Positions 53,547 to 64,000 of a stretch of 64,000 nt of DNA are shown here, piece after piece. Source of the stretch: Nitrosopumilus sp. (lineage in GTDB: Archaea; Thermoproteota; Nitrososphaeria; Nitrososphaerales; Nitrosopumilaceae). The stretch is from positions 1,696,001 to 1,760,000 of the forward strand of contig OZ245003.1 of the NCBI GenBank assembly GCA_965223425.1, in the 5' to 3' direction. The translations under genes were made by a program, and so were the position numbers. The notes under the pieces were generated by a model. It did no database searches, was not told the origin of the DNA, and was given only the letters and a program-made list of their open reading frames with translations. Each line of letters starts with the position of its first letter. Within the stretch, counting starts at the first letter, position 1.

Positions 53547-53996
53547 ATGAGTGAGCTTTCAAAGAAGGATCAAAAACAAGTCATACAAAATCTTGATTTT
53601 TCCTCATCTGATATTCGTGTTTGGTGTTTTCATGTTAATCGTCAACACATAGAAAATTACATATCAGATCATAAAAAATTAAAAAAATTTAGGTTTGAGA
53701 AAAAGAGAATACACAAAAACTTTGATCTCAATTGGTTTCGATTATTCAGAAATGAATTTGAAGTATTTGTGACATCACATGGAAAAGTTATTTCAGACAT
53801 TATAGTTCAGACTGATGCTGACATGCAACATACCATAACAAACTGGCGTATGGCAAATGAATACAAAGGAAGAGCTCATGAATTAGCTGATGCCGTAGTG
53901 TGGTGTAATCAAAAAAATATCAAAACCAAAAACTGTAAGGTAATGGATCTACGAGAAGATATCAAAAAAAGCATGAAGCGAGATTTGTTGGAATGA
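53547..53996 (+). CDS. Hypothetical protein, probably 5'-truncated by the IS
   Basis: ATG lies in the target duplication; AHELADAV. Confidence 0.5.
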   Translation: MSELSKKDQKQVIQNLDFSSSDIRVWCFHVNRQHIENYISDHKKLKKFRFEKKRIHKNFDLNWFRLFRNEFEVFVTSHGKVISDIIVQTDADMQHTITNWRMANEYKGRAHELADAVVWCNQKNIKTKNCKVMDLREDIKKSMKRDLLE

Positions 53997-54104
53997 TGAA
54001 ATTGTCAGAAACAATTGCCCCTAGTACCCTCGGTAGTCCCGTGGATCTAGAGGATAAGTATTCTGACAAACACACTACAGCATACCAATATAAAAAATCT
54101 CACC

Positions 54105-54608
54105 TCATTTTTGTGACTGATTTTTCACAGATTTGCTCTTCTTTGCGTTTATTCCATTTGGGATAAACCCCATAATTTTCTCCAGCATATTTTGTATCCG
54201 CCACCTAACGCTTGACGTGTTTTTCACTAGTGTAAAGACACTGCCTGCAATCAACGGAACAGTGACTAGTGCCATCAGGTAGGTATAGTCCTCCCTATAC
54301 ACTGCAACAATGTGTGAATCCCTGCTTGCAACAAAAGACACTACAGGCGAATCTGCATCAATTCCCTCCCAGTGATCAAACACGTCACGAATCAAAAACA
54401 AGACCCTGTCTTTGTCTGGTGCAGATATTTTGACTGTGTCGCCAATCTTATACACGCCAGAGCCCTGCCCGTCAACCACGTCAATCAGAATCTCCTCGTT
54501 GTACGATGCTGATATCCTTACATCCTGTGTTGGTGTAATGTGAAGATAATTCTCCTTGATCTCCTCACCGTTTACAGTCATCTTTTCAAATGTAGACTTT
54601 ATGCATAA
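54105..54608 (-). pseudogene. C-terminal remnant of a membrane-anchored surface protein
   Basis: GQGSGVYKIGDTVKISAP...FDHWEG then TM helix; 5' part replaced by IS debris. Confidence 0.55.
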
Positions 54609-54714
54609 TTGAATCATAAAAATTTTTCCGAAAGATTTAGATCCATTTTGATCGCCGCAACAGGTAATGGAATCTTCAGAACAGACGATACGCAGGCTGC
54701 AAAGGGAGCTCAAG

Positions 54715-54894
54715 CAAAAGGACACAGCAATCAGGCAAAAGGACACAGCAATCAGGCAAAAGGACACAGCAATCAGGCAAAAGGACACAGCAATCAGGCA
54801 AAAGGACACAGCAATCAGGCAAAAGGACACAGCAATCAGGCAGAACAACACAGCAATCAGGCAGAACAACACAGCAATCAGGCAGAACAACACA
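54715..54894 (+). repeat. 21-bp tandem repeat x8.6 encoding QKDTAIR/QNNTAIR heptads
   Basis: CAAAAGGACACAGCAATCAGG units; cut off by IS630 insertion. Confidence 0.9.
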
Positions 54895-54896
54895 TA

Positions 54897-56031
54897 GTAA
54901 GCACATAAAAAAACTGAATCATTTTGACAATTATTTTTGGCCAAAAGATCCAAGACCGGCCATATCGCACACACTGCATGTACAAACAAAAAAAGAGACA
55001 GGCTGCAGGGGGGCAAAATTTCTGCCAAACACCGGCGTTGCAGACCTCAAAAGGGCATACAAAAAAGAGACCGATCCCAGAAGGCGCGACAGGCTGCTTG
55101 CGTACATGCAGCGCAAGGACGGCGTGCCGCTAGACAGGATCGGAAGAATGCTGGGAAGGCCCAAGTCCACCATATCTGCATGGCTCAACCGCGCACAAGA
55201 CGAGGGAATACGCGCAAGGTTCGAGCGCAGCGGCAGGGGACGAAAGCGTTTGATAGACGGACTGCAGACAAGACAGCTTGCAGCAGACATGGATGCGGGG
55301 CCGGAGTCATGCGGCTTTGAGAGCAGCCTGTGGGATTCCAGCCTCGCAAGGCTGCACATCAAGCGAAAGTTCGGCGTGCAGTACAGCAAGGCAGGCGTGC
55401 TGCAGCTGGTCAGGGAGATGGGCTTTTCGTGGAGCAGGGCGCGTCCAAAAAACCCCAAGTCAGCCTCAAAAAGAAAGCAAAAAGAGTTTCAGGAGCGGGC
55501 AAAAAAACCCGTTGCAGAAAAGTCGGCGCAGGGATACACCGTACTGGCAAACGACGAGTCCTCGATTCAAAAGGCATCAAACAGGCCCGGCTACGGGTGG
55601 AGAAGGCGCGGCAGACATGCCACATCCCCATCTTTTTTGTCACGCAAGAGAAGATACATTTGGAGTCCTGTCAGCAAACGCATTTTACCTTATGTTCTAT
55701 GAAAAGCCAGACAGCGACGGCTTTTGCAGCTTTTTGGAACGGGTTCACAAAAGATTCGGCAGGGTGCTGCTGTCTGTGGACAATGCGTCATATCACAAAT
55801 CCAAAAAGGCAAGGGAGTTTCTGGAAAGATACAACGGCGAGACAGTTCTGGAATGCCTGCTGCCGTACACGCCGGAGCTTAATCCCATTGAGATGCAGTG
55901 GAGGGTGATAAAGCGGGTACTGTCTGCAAAGGTGTTTGGCACGCTAGATGAGATGGAGCAGTCAGTACGCAAGCTGTTTGCCAGAAAGGAGATCCTGCCT
56001 GTGAAAATGTTCAATTATTTAATATGCTAAC
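54897..56031 (+). mobile_element. IS630-family element with frameshifted transposase
   Basis: TA flanks; imperfect TIRs; ANDES, DNASYH, PYTPELNPIE..W motifs. Confidence 0.85.
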
Positions 56032-56032
56032 T

Positions 56033-56718
56033 ATGGCAGAGATTCTGCCTACTGCAGACAGGATGACCCGTCTGGTAAAAAAGGCCGAGACATCAGAGCA
56101 GCTAGAGCAGCTAATGCCGGACAGAACCATCATAATTGACGGCACCGAGGCGGTGCCAAGGCAGCGCCAGCAGTACAGGGATAAAAGAAAAGACGCGTAC
56201 TCTGGCAAAAAGAAGCGCTTTACTATTAACACCACCATAACAACAAACAAGGCAGGCCTGATACTTGCAGCAGGCAGGTTCTTTGAGGGCGGGACGCACG
56301 ACCTTGCCATGATAAGAGAGGATCCGACAGACTGGCAGGTGGTCTGAATCCATGTACAAAAAGGACACGCCCGAAAAGGACAGGATACGGGTGCTTGCAG
56401 ACAAGGGGTACCGGGGATGCCAATCACTACACGGGAATAGCACTTGAGATGCCGGAAAAAAAGAGGCCGCGGACGGAGCTGACGCAGCGGCAAAAGGACT
56501 CCAACAAAAGGATCAGCGCCAAGAGGGTAAAGGCGGGGGAGCACGCCATCGGAAGAATAAAGCAGCGTGCAAGGATGACAGACCCGTACGACGGCACGAT
56601 GGAAGAGTTTTGCGAGGAGCTGCTGTGTGTACAGGCCTTGCAAACTTTGGTTTGCTGTGGGATGCAAAGAAAAAGCGGCCGTCACTTGATTGTTGACGGT
56701 ACGATACAGGGTGCATGA
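56033..56718 (+). pseudogene. IS5-family (DDE_Tnp_4-like) transposase fragment
   Basis: IIDGTE, YSGKKK, G.THD, ADKGY, EHAIGRIK over several frames. Confidence 0.75.
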
Positions 56719-56996
56719 TGCATGGAATGGTGTGTGCGCACATGTGCGCTTGAATTCTCCCGGATCTGTTGAGTGATCGTATATTTTGTGCCAGACGGGT
56801 CATTTTTTGGACCTGTCTTTGTATCTTGATGGCTTGCGCTGTAGAAAAAAAATTTGGCTGGTCAATTATGCATAATGTCTCAGACACTAGTCATTATGGA
56901 GCAAAAAAGAACCTGCAAGGGAATATGCAAGCAATTCAAGGTGAAAAAACCCAAAATCTTAGTACATTTTTATTGTATTGGAATAGATTGGGTTCA

Positions 56997-57890
56997 ATGA
57001 TTGTAAAAACAAAAACAGTACCGATTTTGATACTCCCATTATTGATGGTGTTGGTAGTTGCCAACATGTCAGTGCAAGCGGAACCAGACAACTGGAAGGA
57101 TGACCTCACTTCGTATGAGGTATTCGTACTGTCCAACATGCCAAATCTACAGAACGCCACAGACGCTGACCAAGAGAGCTACGTCAAGGACTTCAGGGAA
57201 GAATTGGCAAAGCTTACTGGATATGAAGCTGTGTATATTGATAAGATAAACGAACTTGCCAAGGCTCATTACACCCTAGAGGATGCCATAAAGGCCAACT
57301 TGAGCCAAGACAAAATAGAAGAGTATGAATCACAGAAGGCTCTCAAGTTCTTTGAACTGGAGGATCTGGGGATAACTACCCAAGATAGGTTTGATGCCAA
57401 TCCCGAATACTGGATAAACAAGGCCATAAATGCCAAACAAGACATCGAGAACCAGGATACAAAAAGCGTGTCTGGTAACAACGACTCCGACGGAATATAT
57501 TATGTCCACCAATCCGATCTGGCCTTGAAGAGGACCGCTATACTAACGTGGCCTTGTTGGCCAGGTGTACCGTGTCCGATAGTAAACCATGGATGGAATG
57601 CCGGCACTTCTACATCTGAGATATGGTTCGTACCTACCAACGGACAGGTATCGTTCCGACACGCTGTGTGTTTGGATGACGATACTCATCACGATAGCGT
57701 AAGTTTCAATGTGCGTATAAAACAGGACATACATAGTATCATACAAATGGAACTGCATGCGGTTGACTCGACATTCGGACGTACATTGTATGGTGAGGGA
57801 CAATGCTATCAGTCCGTTGACAACGAGGACATAGACGCAGGAAGTAGGGCAGGAATGAGTACTGGAATAAGCAACATATCGCTAAACTGA
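56997..57890 (+). CDS. Secreted hypothetical protein
   Basis: Signal peptide-like N-terminus ending VQA. Confidence 0.7.
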   Translation: MIVKTKTVPILILPLLMVLVVANMSVQAEPDNWKDDLTSYEVFVLSNMPNLQNATDADQESYVKDFREELAKLTGYEAVYIDKINELAKAHYTLEDAIKANLSQDKIEEYESQKALKFFELEDLGITTQDRFDANPEYWINKAINAKQDIENQDTKSVSGNNDSDGIYYVHQSDLALKRTAILTWPCWPGVPCPIVNHGWNAGTSTSEIWFVPTNGQVSFRHAVCLDDDTHHDSVSFNVRIKQDIHSIIQMELHAVDSTFGRTLYGEGQCYQSVDNEDIDAGSRAGMSTGISNISLN

Positions 57891-57891
57891 T

Positions 57892-58134
57892 ATGTTTACC
57901 TTCCTTTTTTATTTAGGATTAGGATTGATTTTTCTTTCAGGTATGATGTTCAGCTTCACAGGTGTAGTATCAGCGAACATTTTGTCCGAGGTTATAATAG
58001 AGGCAACCGAGCCTGCACTTGCTATAAAGCCCCAGTTCGACGAAAATTCACATAATAACGCCATATTGCAGGCAGTATACGCAATGCCGGTATTGGTGAT
58101 TGGTACGATCTTGGTAATCCGGAACAGAAAGTAG
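57892..58134 (+). CDS. Small 2-TM membrane protein
   Basis: Two hydrophobic segments. Confidence 0.6.
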   Translation: MFTFLFYLGLGLIFLSGMMFSFTGVVSANILSEVIIEATEPALAIKPQFDENSHNNAILQAVYAMPVLVIGTILVIRNRK

Positions 58135-59594
58135 ACGGCACCCTGTAGATAATGCTTCAGATTAAATCACCGAAAATGCTCAAAAGTCCTGATGGGTTAA
58201 CAGAACCTAACAAACTATTCGTGTTTAATTAATGGTAAAAACACTCGTTCGCAAAGAAGGATTCTGTAACGTTATGGTGACCTGAAATATGGATCTTCTC
58301 TGGATTGAAAATCTATACGCTCAACGATCAATTAACACTTGACAACATCTTAAAAAAACTATTTTTTGGTGATCAATTAGGGATTGTCGCCAAATTCGAC
58401 CAAATAATAATTTTGTAATTTTTCACGCATATTGATCAGATAGGCGTGGGTTCCCAATGACTCACCATAAGAAACGTGATCAGTACTGAAAGTACCATCA
58501 CGATGCCCACACCCGAGAACTGGATTTTCTCACATCCCATATAGTTTCTTTGATTGTGGAGAATCAGTCCTGTACATTAGTTTGTTGTAACAATTCGGAT
58601 TTCTGGAGTGAATTTTGGGGTGCCGAAAGAGATAAAGATCACGGCTAGAACACACATGTGATGCCGGCGGAGTTTGATCCTACCCGCGTAGACTGGAACA
58701 ACCAAGACACAAACTATCTCTTTAAGCATTTCAAATCAGTGTTTGATCAGGAGAGAAGAGAGAGAAGGTCGTTGGAAGAAAAAGTCAAGCAGCAAGGCGA
58801 CACAGTCAAGCAGCAAGGCGACACAATCAAGCAGCAAAATGATACAATCAAGCAGCTGGAAGAAGAGAACAGGCAGCTAAGGACAGGATCCACAACCCAA
58901 AAGCCGGCCAGGAAGGCAAGAAGCTACAATGTGAGAAAATTCAAGGAATATCCGCGGCCAAAAAGCGACAAAAATACCGGGATGCGCGGCAGGAAACAAA
59001 AGACTGACATCCCAGTCACAGACCACAGGGACGCAGACATTTCATATTGTCCCGGATGCGGTCTCAGACTTGCAGACAGCAGTGGTACCTATTACGACCG
59101 CGACATAACAGACATACAGGACGGCAAGGCGCGCCGCATCAGATGGAACGTGGCGCGCCGCTACTGCAGGAACTGTAAAACGTCACACTCTGCACGCATA
59201 CCAGGCACCCTGTCCGGCTCTCAGTATGGAATCACGATAATCTCCCAGGTCGTGCTGATGCGCTGCATGGGAATACCGTTTGAAAAGATAACCGACCTAT
59301 TTGACATGATACACGGGATACAAATCCCGGGTTCAACGCTGGTCTCCATGTGCGAAAAGGCGGCATGCCAGATGAGGCCAGTCTACGACGGACTGCTTGC
59401 AGGGATGATTCACAGGGCCCGTGCCATATACGGGGACGAGACTGGATGGTTTCTCAGCGGACTGCATTACTGGGTATGGGTTCTAGTCTCCGCACACGGC
59501 GTGATATACCACATATCATCGACGCGCAGCAAGCAGGTGGCAGAGGCACTGGCAGGTGAGTTTGACGGAACTGTAGTATCAGACTCGTATCTTA

Positions 59595-60792
59595 GTGTGT
59601 TGCATAACTCAGCATGACCACATCCTGTTCGTCCCAGGATCCATGCACTTGCTCCCCTACATTGCTGCTGCCACCCACCGGTTGTACATGGCAACCCTCA
59701 TCCTTACCTCTCTTACCATGCTCTCCCATTTGCGTGAGAGCAGATGCTCTCCGAACATACGCTTGAATGCGGAGATGATTACCTCTATTCTCCACCTTTT
59801 GCCGTACCCTACAGTCGACTTCCAGTATCTTCTGTTCTCCTTTTTCTGTTCCGCCGTCCGTCCCTTGACGTGCATGTCTGCGCTGCCTCCCAGCTGCTCT
59901 TTCACGGCCCGGTTCCACGCCTTGCCGTCATCGCCCCTGCCGCTCTCAGTAAAGTCCGGTTTGAGGGGCACAAGCGGCTCGATGCCCTTCTTCCTGCACG
60001 CATTCATGTTTTTCTTGGAGGCGTACGCGCAGTCTGCAAGCAGGCTGGCACTTGGCACTTCTTCTTCCCTGCCGCCTGCCGAACCGGCAAGCGGAGAGAC
60101 TCCGTCTGCAAGCATGTTTGGCCTCTTTCTCGCATCGTCCTTCCCGGTCTTGGCAAACGGTTCGGCTGCTGCCTGATCCAGCAGATCCTGCAGTACCGGC
60201 GAGTCGCCGGTTCTGTCGTCTGTGACTACGGCAGCCAGTATCATGCCGGTGTCCGCATCTGCCAGCAGGTGCATCTTGATGTATCCCTTGCGCACCACCT
60301 TCCACTTGTCGCGTATCCATTCTCCGCGGTTCCACTGTCTGAGTCCGGTGGCATCGGCCACCAGGGTTACGTGCCGGGATGTATCGTGAACGTATATGGC
60401 GTTGCCGTGAATGTTAATGTCAAATTTCTCCATTCTTCTGCACAGCGTGGTATAGTGCGGCGAGTCGTGTCCCTCAAGCATCTTATCTGCCATCCCGGAC
60501 AGCTGCCTGAATGGAACGCCGAGGGCGGTTCTCAGTGCGGCTGCCATCATGATCATGGTGTCTGCATACTGGAACTGGGCCCCCTCCTTGCCGCAGTTGG
60601 CCTGCTTTACCTCGCAGCTCCAGTCAGGGTTGTACTGCACCACCAGCTCTGCACCCCGCCGGACGTACTTTGCATTGTCGGCCAACACTTGGAGCATGCT
60701 GTCATGATCTAAAGCTTTTTCGGTCAGAAACATGTGTGTTTGTTGGTCAGTTTAAACTGCGTGGTGGATTTTAGGCGTGTTATGCAACAAGC
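59595..60792 (-). mobile_element. IS5-family (IS903-group-like) element
   Basis: TIR core TGTTGCATAAC / GTTATGCAACA. Confidence 0.8.
59657..60733 (-). CDS. IS5-family transposase, apparently intact
   Basis: PHYTTLCRR, ADATGL, GEW...K, ADCAY, RWRIE...SAFKRMFG. Confidence 0.85.
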   Translation of the reverse strand: MFLTEKALDHDSMLQVLADNAKYVRRGAELVVQYNPDWSCEVKQANCGKEGAQFQYADTMIMMAAALRTALGVPFRQLSGMADKMLEGHDSPHYTTLCRRMEKFDINIHGNAIYVHDTSRHVTLVADATGLRQWNRGEWIRDKWKVVRKGYIKMHLLADADTGMILAAVVTDDRTGDSPVLQDLLDQAAAEPFAKTGKDDARKRPNMLADGVSPLAGSAGGREEEVPSASLLADCAYASKKNMNACRKKGIEPLVPLKPDFTESGRGDDGKAWNRAVKEQLGGSADMHVKGRTAEQKKENRRYWKSTVGYGKRWRIEVIISAFKRMFGEHLLSRKWESMVREVRMRVAMYNRWVAAAM

Positions 60793-60795
60793 TAA

Positions 60796-61196
60796 CGTCT
60801 GCCGGTTCGACGCCACGGACTGCAGACATGACCAGGTCTGCATCAGGCGTACGTGCACCCGTGTCTTGAAGCCTGTTGTGCCGTACGAGGGATTCTACAA
60901 ACGTGTTTCTCTCAGACGCCCTGATTGGCACGTCCAGTATGTCGCCGCATCCGTATACGGCGTTGTGCCTCTCAGACATTGGCATGCCAAGCTTTTGAAA
61001 CGACGAGCGCAGGATTTTAAACCGGTTTGATGTTATATTGTACTGGTGTGCGATCAGATCGTCGTGTAATTCGACTTTCATGACGTCTTGCACACCGTAA
61101 CCTAATCTGGATCTTTGCATTGCAATATGCGGTAACGCACCGGCATCTGGGCACAAGCATACATCTGGGCACAAATCTACATCTGGGAACTACTGA
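60796..61196 (-). mobile_element. Left-end fragment of a second ISH3-like copy
   Basis: Reverse complement of 52172-52575 with few changes. Confidence 0.85.
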
Positions 61197-61796
61197 CGTC
61201 ACACAAAGGCTGCAGGACAGGATAGACGCACTGGCACGGCAGTCATACGACGACGCGGACTGCCGGAGGTACGCAAAAAGGCTCAAAAGGGAGGGGGATC
61301 AGCTGCTGACGTTTCTGGAGCACGGCGTGGAATACCACAACAACAAAAGCGAGGGGGCCCTGAGGATGTTTGCCACCATGCGCAAGGTCAGCTACGGCAA
61401 CAGGTCCGAGAAGGGCATATACATCACAGAGACGCTGGCAAGCATATACGTCACATGCAGGATGCGCGGTGCAAACCCGTACAATTTTATCCTGGAATGC
61501 CTTGAGGGCGGCAGCAACAGAACCGACGGGATTCCCATGGCCTGTCCGGACAAAACTGCGGCAGTCAAAAAGTGTGTCTGTGCCTAAAACGCCGCAACAT
61601 CGACACATGGCGTGGGGCTGAGTGGCGTTTTTGCCGATTTTGAACTGTCACGGTATAACGGGGCGTGATTTGTCTGTCAAAATAAATCCCACACAACTCC
61701 ACAAATCTGAATAGTTACATGATCTCAGGCTTGGGACACATTTCGCTTAGCTGATATTGGTTAAATTCACTTCAAAACTCTACAGTTACGAAAAAA

Positions 61797-62027
61797 TTAA
61801 TTTGTCACACGAAGGGTGATAGTACTCCGAATTTTTTGCAGTTTTCTAATTTTTGAGGTAATTATTGCATTCATTTGGGACGGAGTGTCTGTAACAAATT
61901 CAGCAACAACGTCATAGCTGCCGTAAGTTATCAGACAGTTTTTGACTTCTGGAATGTCTTTCAGTTGGGAACAAAGTGAGTGCTCTTCCCCTATTTCACA
62001 GCTAATTAGCATGTATGCCTTGTCCAT
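61797..62027 (-). CDS. Lrp/AsnC ligand-binding domain protein
   Basis: KAYMLI, TYGSYDVVA, IRKLQKIRSTITL. Confidence 0.85.
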   Translation of the reverse strand: MDKAYMLISCEIGEEHSLCSQLKDIPEVKNCLITYGSYDVVAEFVTDTPSQMNAIITSKIRKLQKIRSTITLRVTN

Positions 62028-62092
62028 CCCATCATATCTTAGGGATACACCAACTTAAAGACATCTGAGGAATTATTTCAGCAAGGCAGATC

Positions 62093-63289
62093 TCAAAAGC
62101 CAGCAAGCATGGGATCGTTTGGCTTCATTATCTCTCTTAGCAAAATTGTTGCAAAAGAACCTCTAGATAATGAAAACTCTACAGTATCGTCATATGATGA
62201 ATATTCAGAGCAATGTAGTGCAGCTTGTCTAAAACCACCCCCACTGCTTACTTCCTGCATTTCTTTTATGAAAAAATCTTTTGGTGCAATCTCCTCTTGT
62301 TTCAATATTTTTGAGATTTGATAATCAAATCTTGTTTTTTTATAATAGGAATATCCAACAAAGGGCAATGCTAAACGTTGATCTGATCCTTTCACATATT
62401 TTCCAATTATCCCTTTAGAGTCAAAACAGATATCACTTGGTTGTGCTTCAAAAAGGGCCTCACCATCAGAGAAAGCCAAACTTAGCGACTGGTTAAAGAT
62501 AAAAGACTGGTATGCTTGGACGTAAAACCTTCTTAGCGATATGGGAACAGAGCGAATTGAATTAAGAGTGTTGCCATGTTCAATCATCCCTTTTAGGACG
62601 ATTCTTTCAATGTCCATTTGAGGAGGAACTTGATCAAAATATTTTTCATAATTTTCTTTATCAGCAAGTTTTTCACGGATTTCAGTATTTTCCTTAGAAT
62701 CATAAGCAGACGTAAATGACAGTATTAATTCAACTGCCTTTTGGAAGTCTCGCTGTAAAATTGCTTTCCCAATAAGATGGGTGACGGGCCTTTTTGAACC
62801 AAATCGCTGATAGCCATAAAAATTTAGAATTTTGTCACATTCAACAAAAGAAGATAGGCCATCAGTGCCTTCAGAGACTTTTATTTTGAAATGATTTGCA
62901 ACCATATCTTTTTTTGACAATGGCTTTTCTACAAAACCAATTTTTTCAATAGAATATCTGTCTGTTGAAAAATTTTCAATTGCTTTTCCCTTATTTCCAG
63001 AACAAACAAATTGCTCAGTTATTGCAGAGGCATCTTTTAACCCAAGGGCCTTTAAACGGGTTCCTTTCTTCCGAAAAACATCAGACAATGCATGGTTGGT
63101 GTCAATCTTTTTCTTTTTTAGTTTGTAAACAGCATAACCTTCTTGATCACTTATGGAATTTTGTGCTTTCTGGGAAATTACTTCTGATACCTGAAAATCT
63201 TCAGGCTCGGCTCGAATTCTTCCACCGATTCCGCCAAATTTTGTGCTGTAAACACTGATACCAATCTGGGAATCTAGGTTTGGGATCAC
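62093..63289 (-). CDS. truD: tRNA pseudouridine(13) synthase TruD
   Basis: PEDFQVSE, GLKD..AIT.Q, NFYGYQRFG, AYQSFIFN, FSLSRGSFATILLREIMK. Confidence 0.92.
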   Translation of the reverse strand: MIPNLDSQIGISVYSTKFGGIGGRIRAEPEDFQVSEVISQKAQNSISDQEGYAVYKLKKKKIDTNHALSDVFRKKGTRLKALGLKDASAITEQFVCSGNKGKAIENFSTDRYSIEKIGFVEKPLSKKDMVANHFKIKVSEGTDGLSSFVECDKILNFYGYQRFGSKRPVTHLIGKAILQRDFQKAVELILSFTSAYDSKENTEIREKLADKENYEKYFDQVPPQMDIERIVLKGMIEHGNTLNSIRSVPISLRRFYVQAYQSFIFNQSLSLAFSDGEALFEAQPSDICFDSKGIIGKYVKGSDQRLALPFVGYSYYKKTRFDYQISKILKQEEIAPKDFFIKEMQEVSSGGGFRQAALHCSEYSSYDDTVEFSLSRGSFATILLREIMKPNDPMLAGF

Positions 63290-64000
63290 TCTATTGTCAC
63301 TGTAATGAATTTACTAACTGCAATATCAGAAGACTGTGCCCCAAGCAGGATTTTGTACGTACCAGATATAGCATCTTCTGAGGCAGAAATTGTTGTGCTA
63401 ACCGGTATTGAAGAATCAGAATCTAATTGAAACTCCTGAAGAGTATCGTCTCCAAGTTCAACGTTAAGGAAATCATGGGTTGGAGACAAAATTAGTGAAA
63501 CGTTCATCAAGTCCTTTTGGGATTGAGAAGATGCAACAAAGTTGAAATGTTGCGAGCCTCCGGGACTAAGAGAGAGGGTATCAGATTCTAGCTGAATTTC
63601 TATTGGCAATGGCACCGAAGTGTCAACTACGCCAATATTGTTCTCGACCCATTCAGTAAACCAGATTTTGTCACCATCCACAGCAAAATCAAAGACCTGT
63701 GCCAAGCCACAGTCAGATAGCAGCACGCCAGTCCCAGGATCACAGTCGGCCCACAGTGGATTCTTTGAAGGAATTTGATATTCTACAAGAGACTGAGACT
63801 TTGGATCCATTACAGAGATGTTGTTTGCAGTTTGCGCATTAAAAACAATACGCCCTTGGTCATCTGTATCAATCCAATAAGGTCTAGATATCGGAGATGT
63901 TACAATTCCTGTTTGGTTGCCATACGTACTAACTAATGGTTCGGCAGTAACGTATCGAGTAAATTGCTCAGTCAAAGGATCAAAATTAAAAAAGAACGAG
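63286..64000 (-). CDS. Vgb-lyase-like beta-propeller protein (partial, runs off window)
   Basis: SRPYW, IWFTEWVENNIG; frame open to the window edge. Confidence 0.7.
   Translation of the reverse strand, partial: SFFFNFDPLTEQFTRYVTAEPLVSTYGNQTGIVTSPISRPYWIDTDDQGRIVFNAQTANNISVMDPKSQSLVEYQIPSKNPLWADCDPGTGVLLSDCGLAQVFDFAVDGDKIWFTEWVENNIGVVDTSVPLPIEIQLESDTLSLSPGGSQHFNFVASSQSQKDLMNVSLILSPTHDFLNVELGDDTLQEFQLDSDSSIPVSTTISASEDAISGTYKILLGAQSSDIAVSKFITVTIE

Larger units (their letters stand above)
58587..61718 (+). mobile_element. IS66-family element interrupted by nested insertions
   Basis: Ends GTAACAATTCGGATTT / AAATCTGAATAGTTAC; transposase N-part 58658-59593 (CPGC, CRNC, GDETGW, VSD.Y), C-part 61197-61587 (HNN.SE.ALR, RKVS.GNRS). 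Confidence 0.85.

Noticed and set aside
54105-55028. The 307-aa minus-strand ORF as one gene
   Set aside because: Chimera of a truncated surface-protein tail, the antisense of a 21-bp repeat and the IS630 end.
59595-60712. Plus-strand ORFs 59595-60176 and 59744-60712
   Set aside because: Antisense shadows of the IS5 transposase.

Overview
The window looks like a Nitrosopumilaceae-type (Nitrososphaerota, ammonia-oxidising archaeon) chromosome segment with three parts. (1) About 1-41.5 kb is a large, entirely plus-strand integrated mobile element (provirus/ICE-like; no integrase, capsid or conjugation genes lie inside the window). It is packed with small early/anti-defence-type ORFs (ArdC-like, DUF2958-like x2, YubB-like, SWIM finger, divergent PCNA, two tandem rIIA-like GHKL proteins, a RelBE-like TA pair) and ends with a type ISP restriction-modification enzyme and a repeat-rich non-coding end. 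(2) About 42.5-52 kb and 61.8-64 kb are ordinary host-type genes (CAP domain, 2H phosphoesterase, pyrE, YyaL-like, Zn-ADH, Lrp/AsnC, truD). (3) About 52-61.7 kb is an IS graveyard (ISH3-, IS630-, IS5- and IS66-like, partly nested). The notable signals are non-coding and lie in the element: 11 copies of a covarying ~70-76 nt pseudoknotted motif that delimit shuffled cassettes; serine-type long-variable-arm tRNAs carrying an Ile (GAU) anticodon; ~16 copies of a hairpin that displays a Shine-Dalgarno in its loop; a tandem 307-nt hammerhead-core RNA; a cas-less mini-CRISPR whose spacer matches a gene of the same element with mainly synonymous mismatches; and a (GA)14 tract that can switch the RM enzyme between split and fused forms. 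All family assignments are from motif recognition by eye; no database searches were run.
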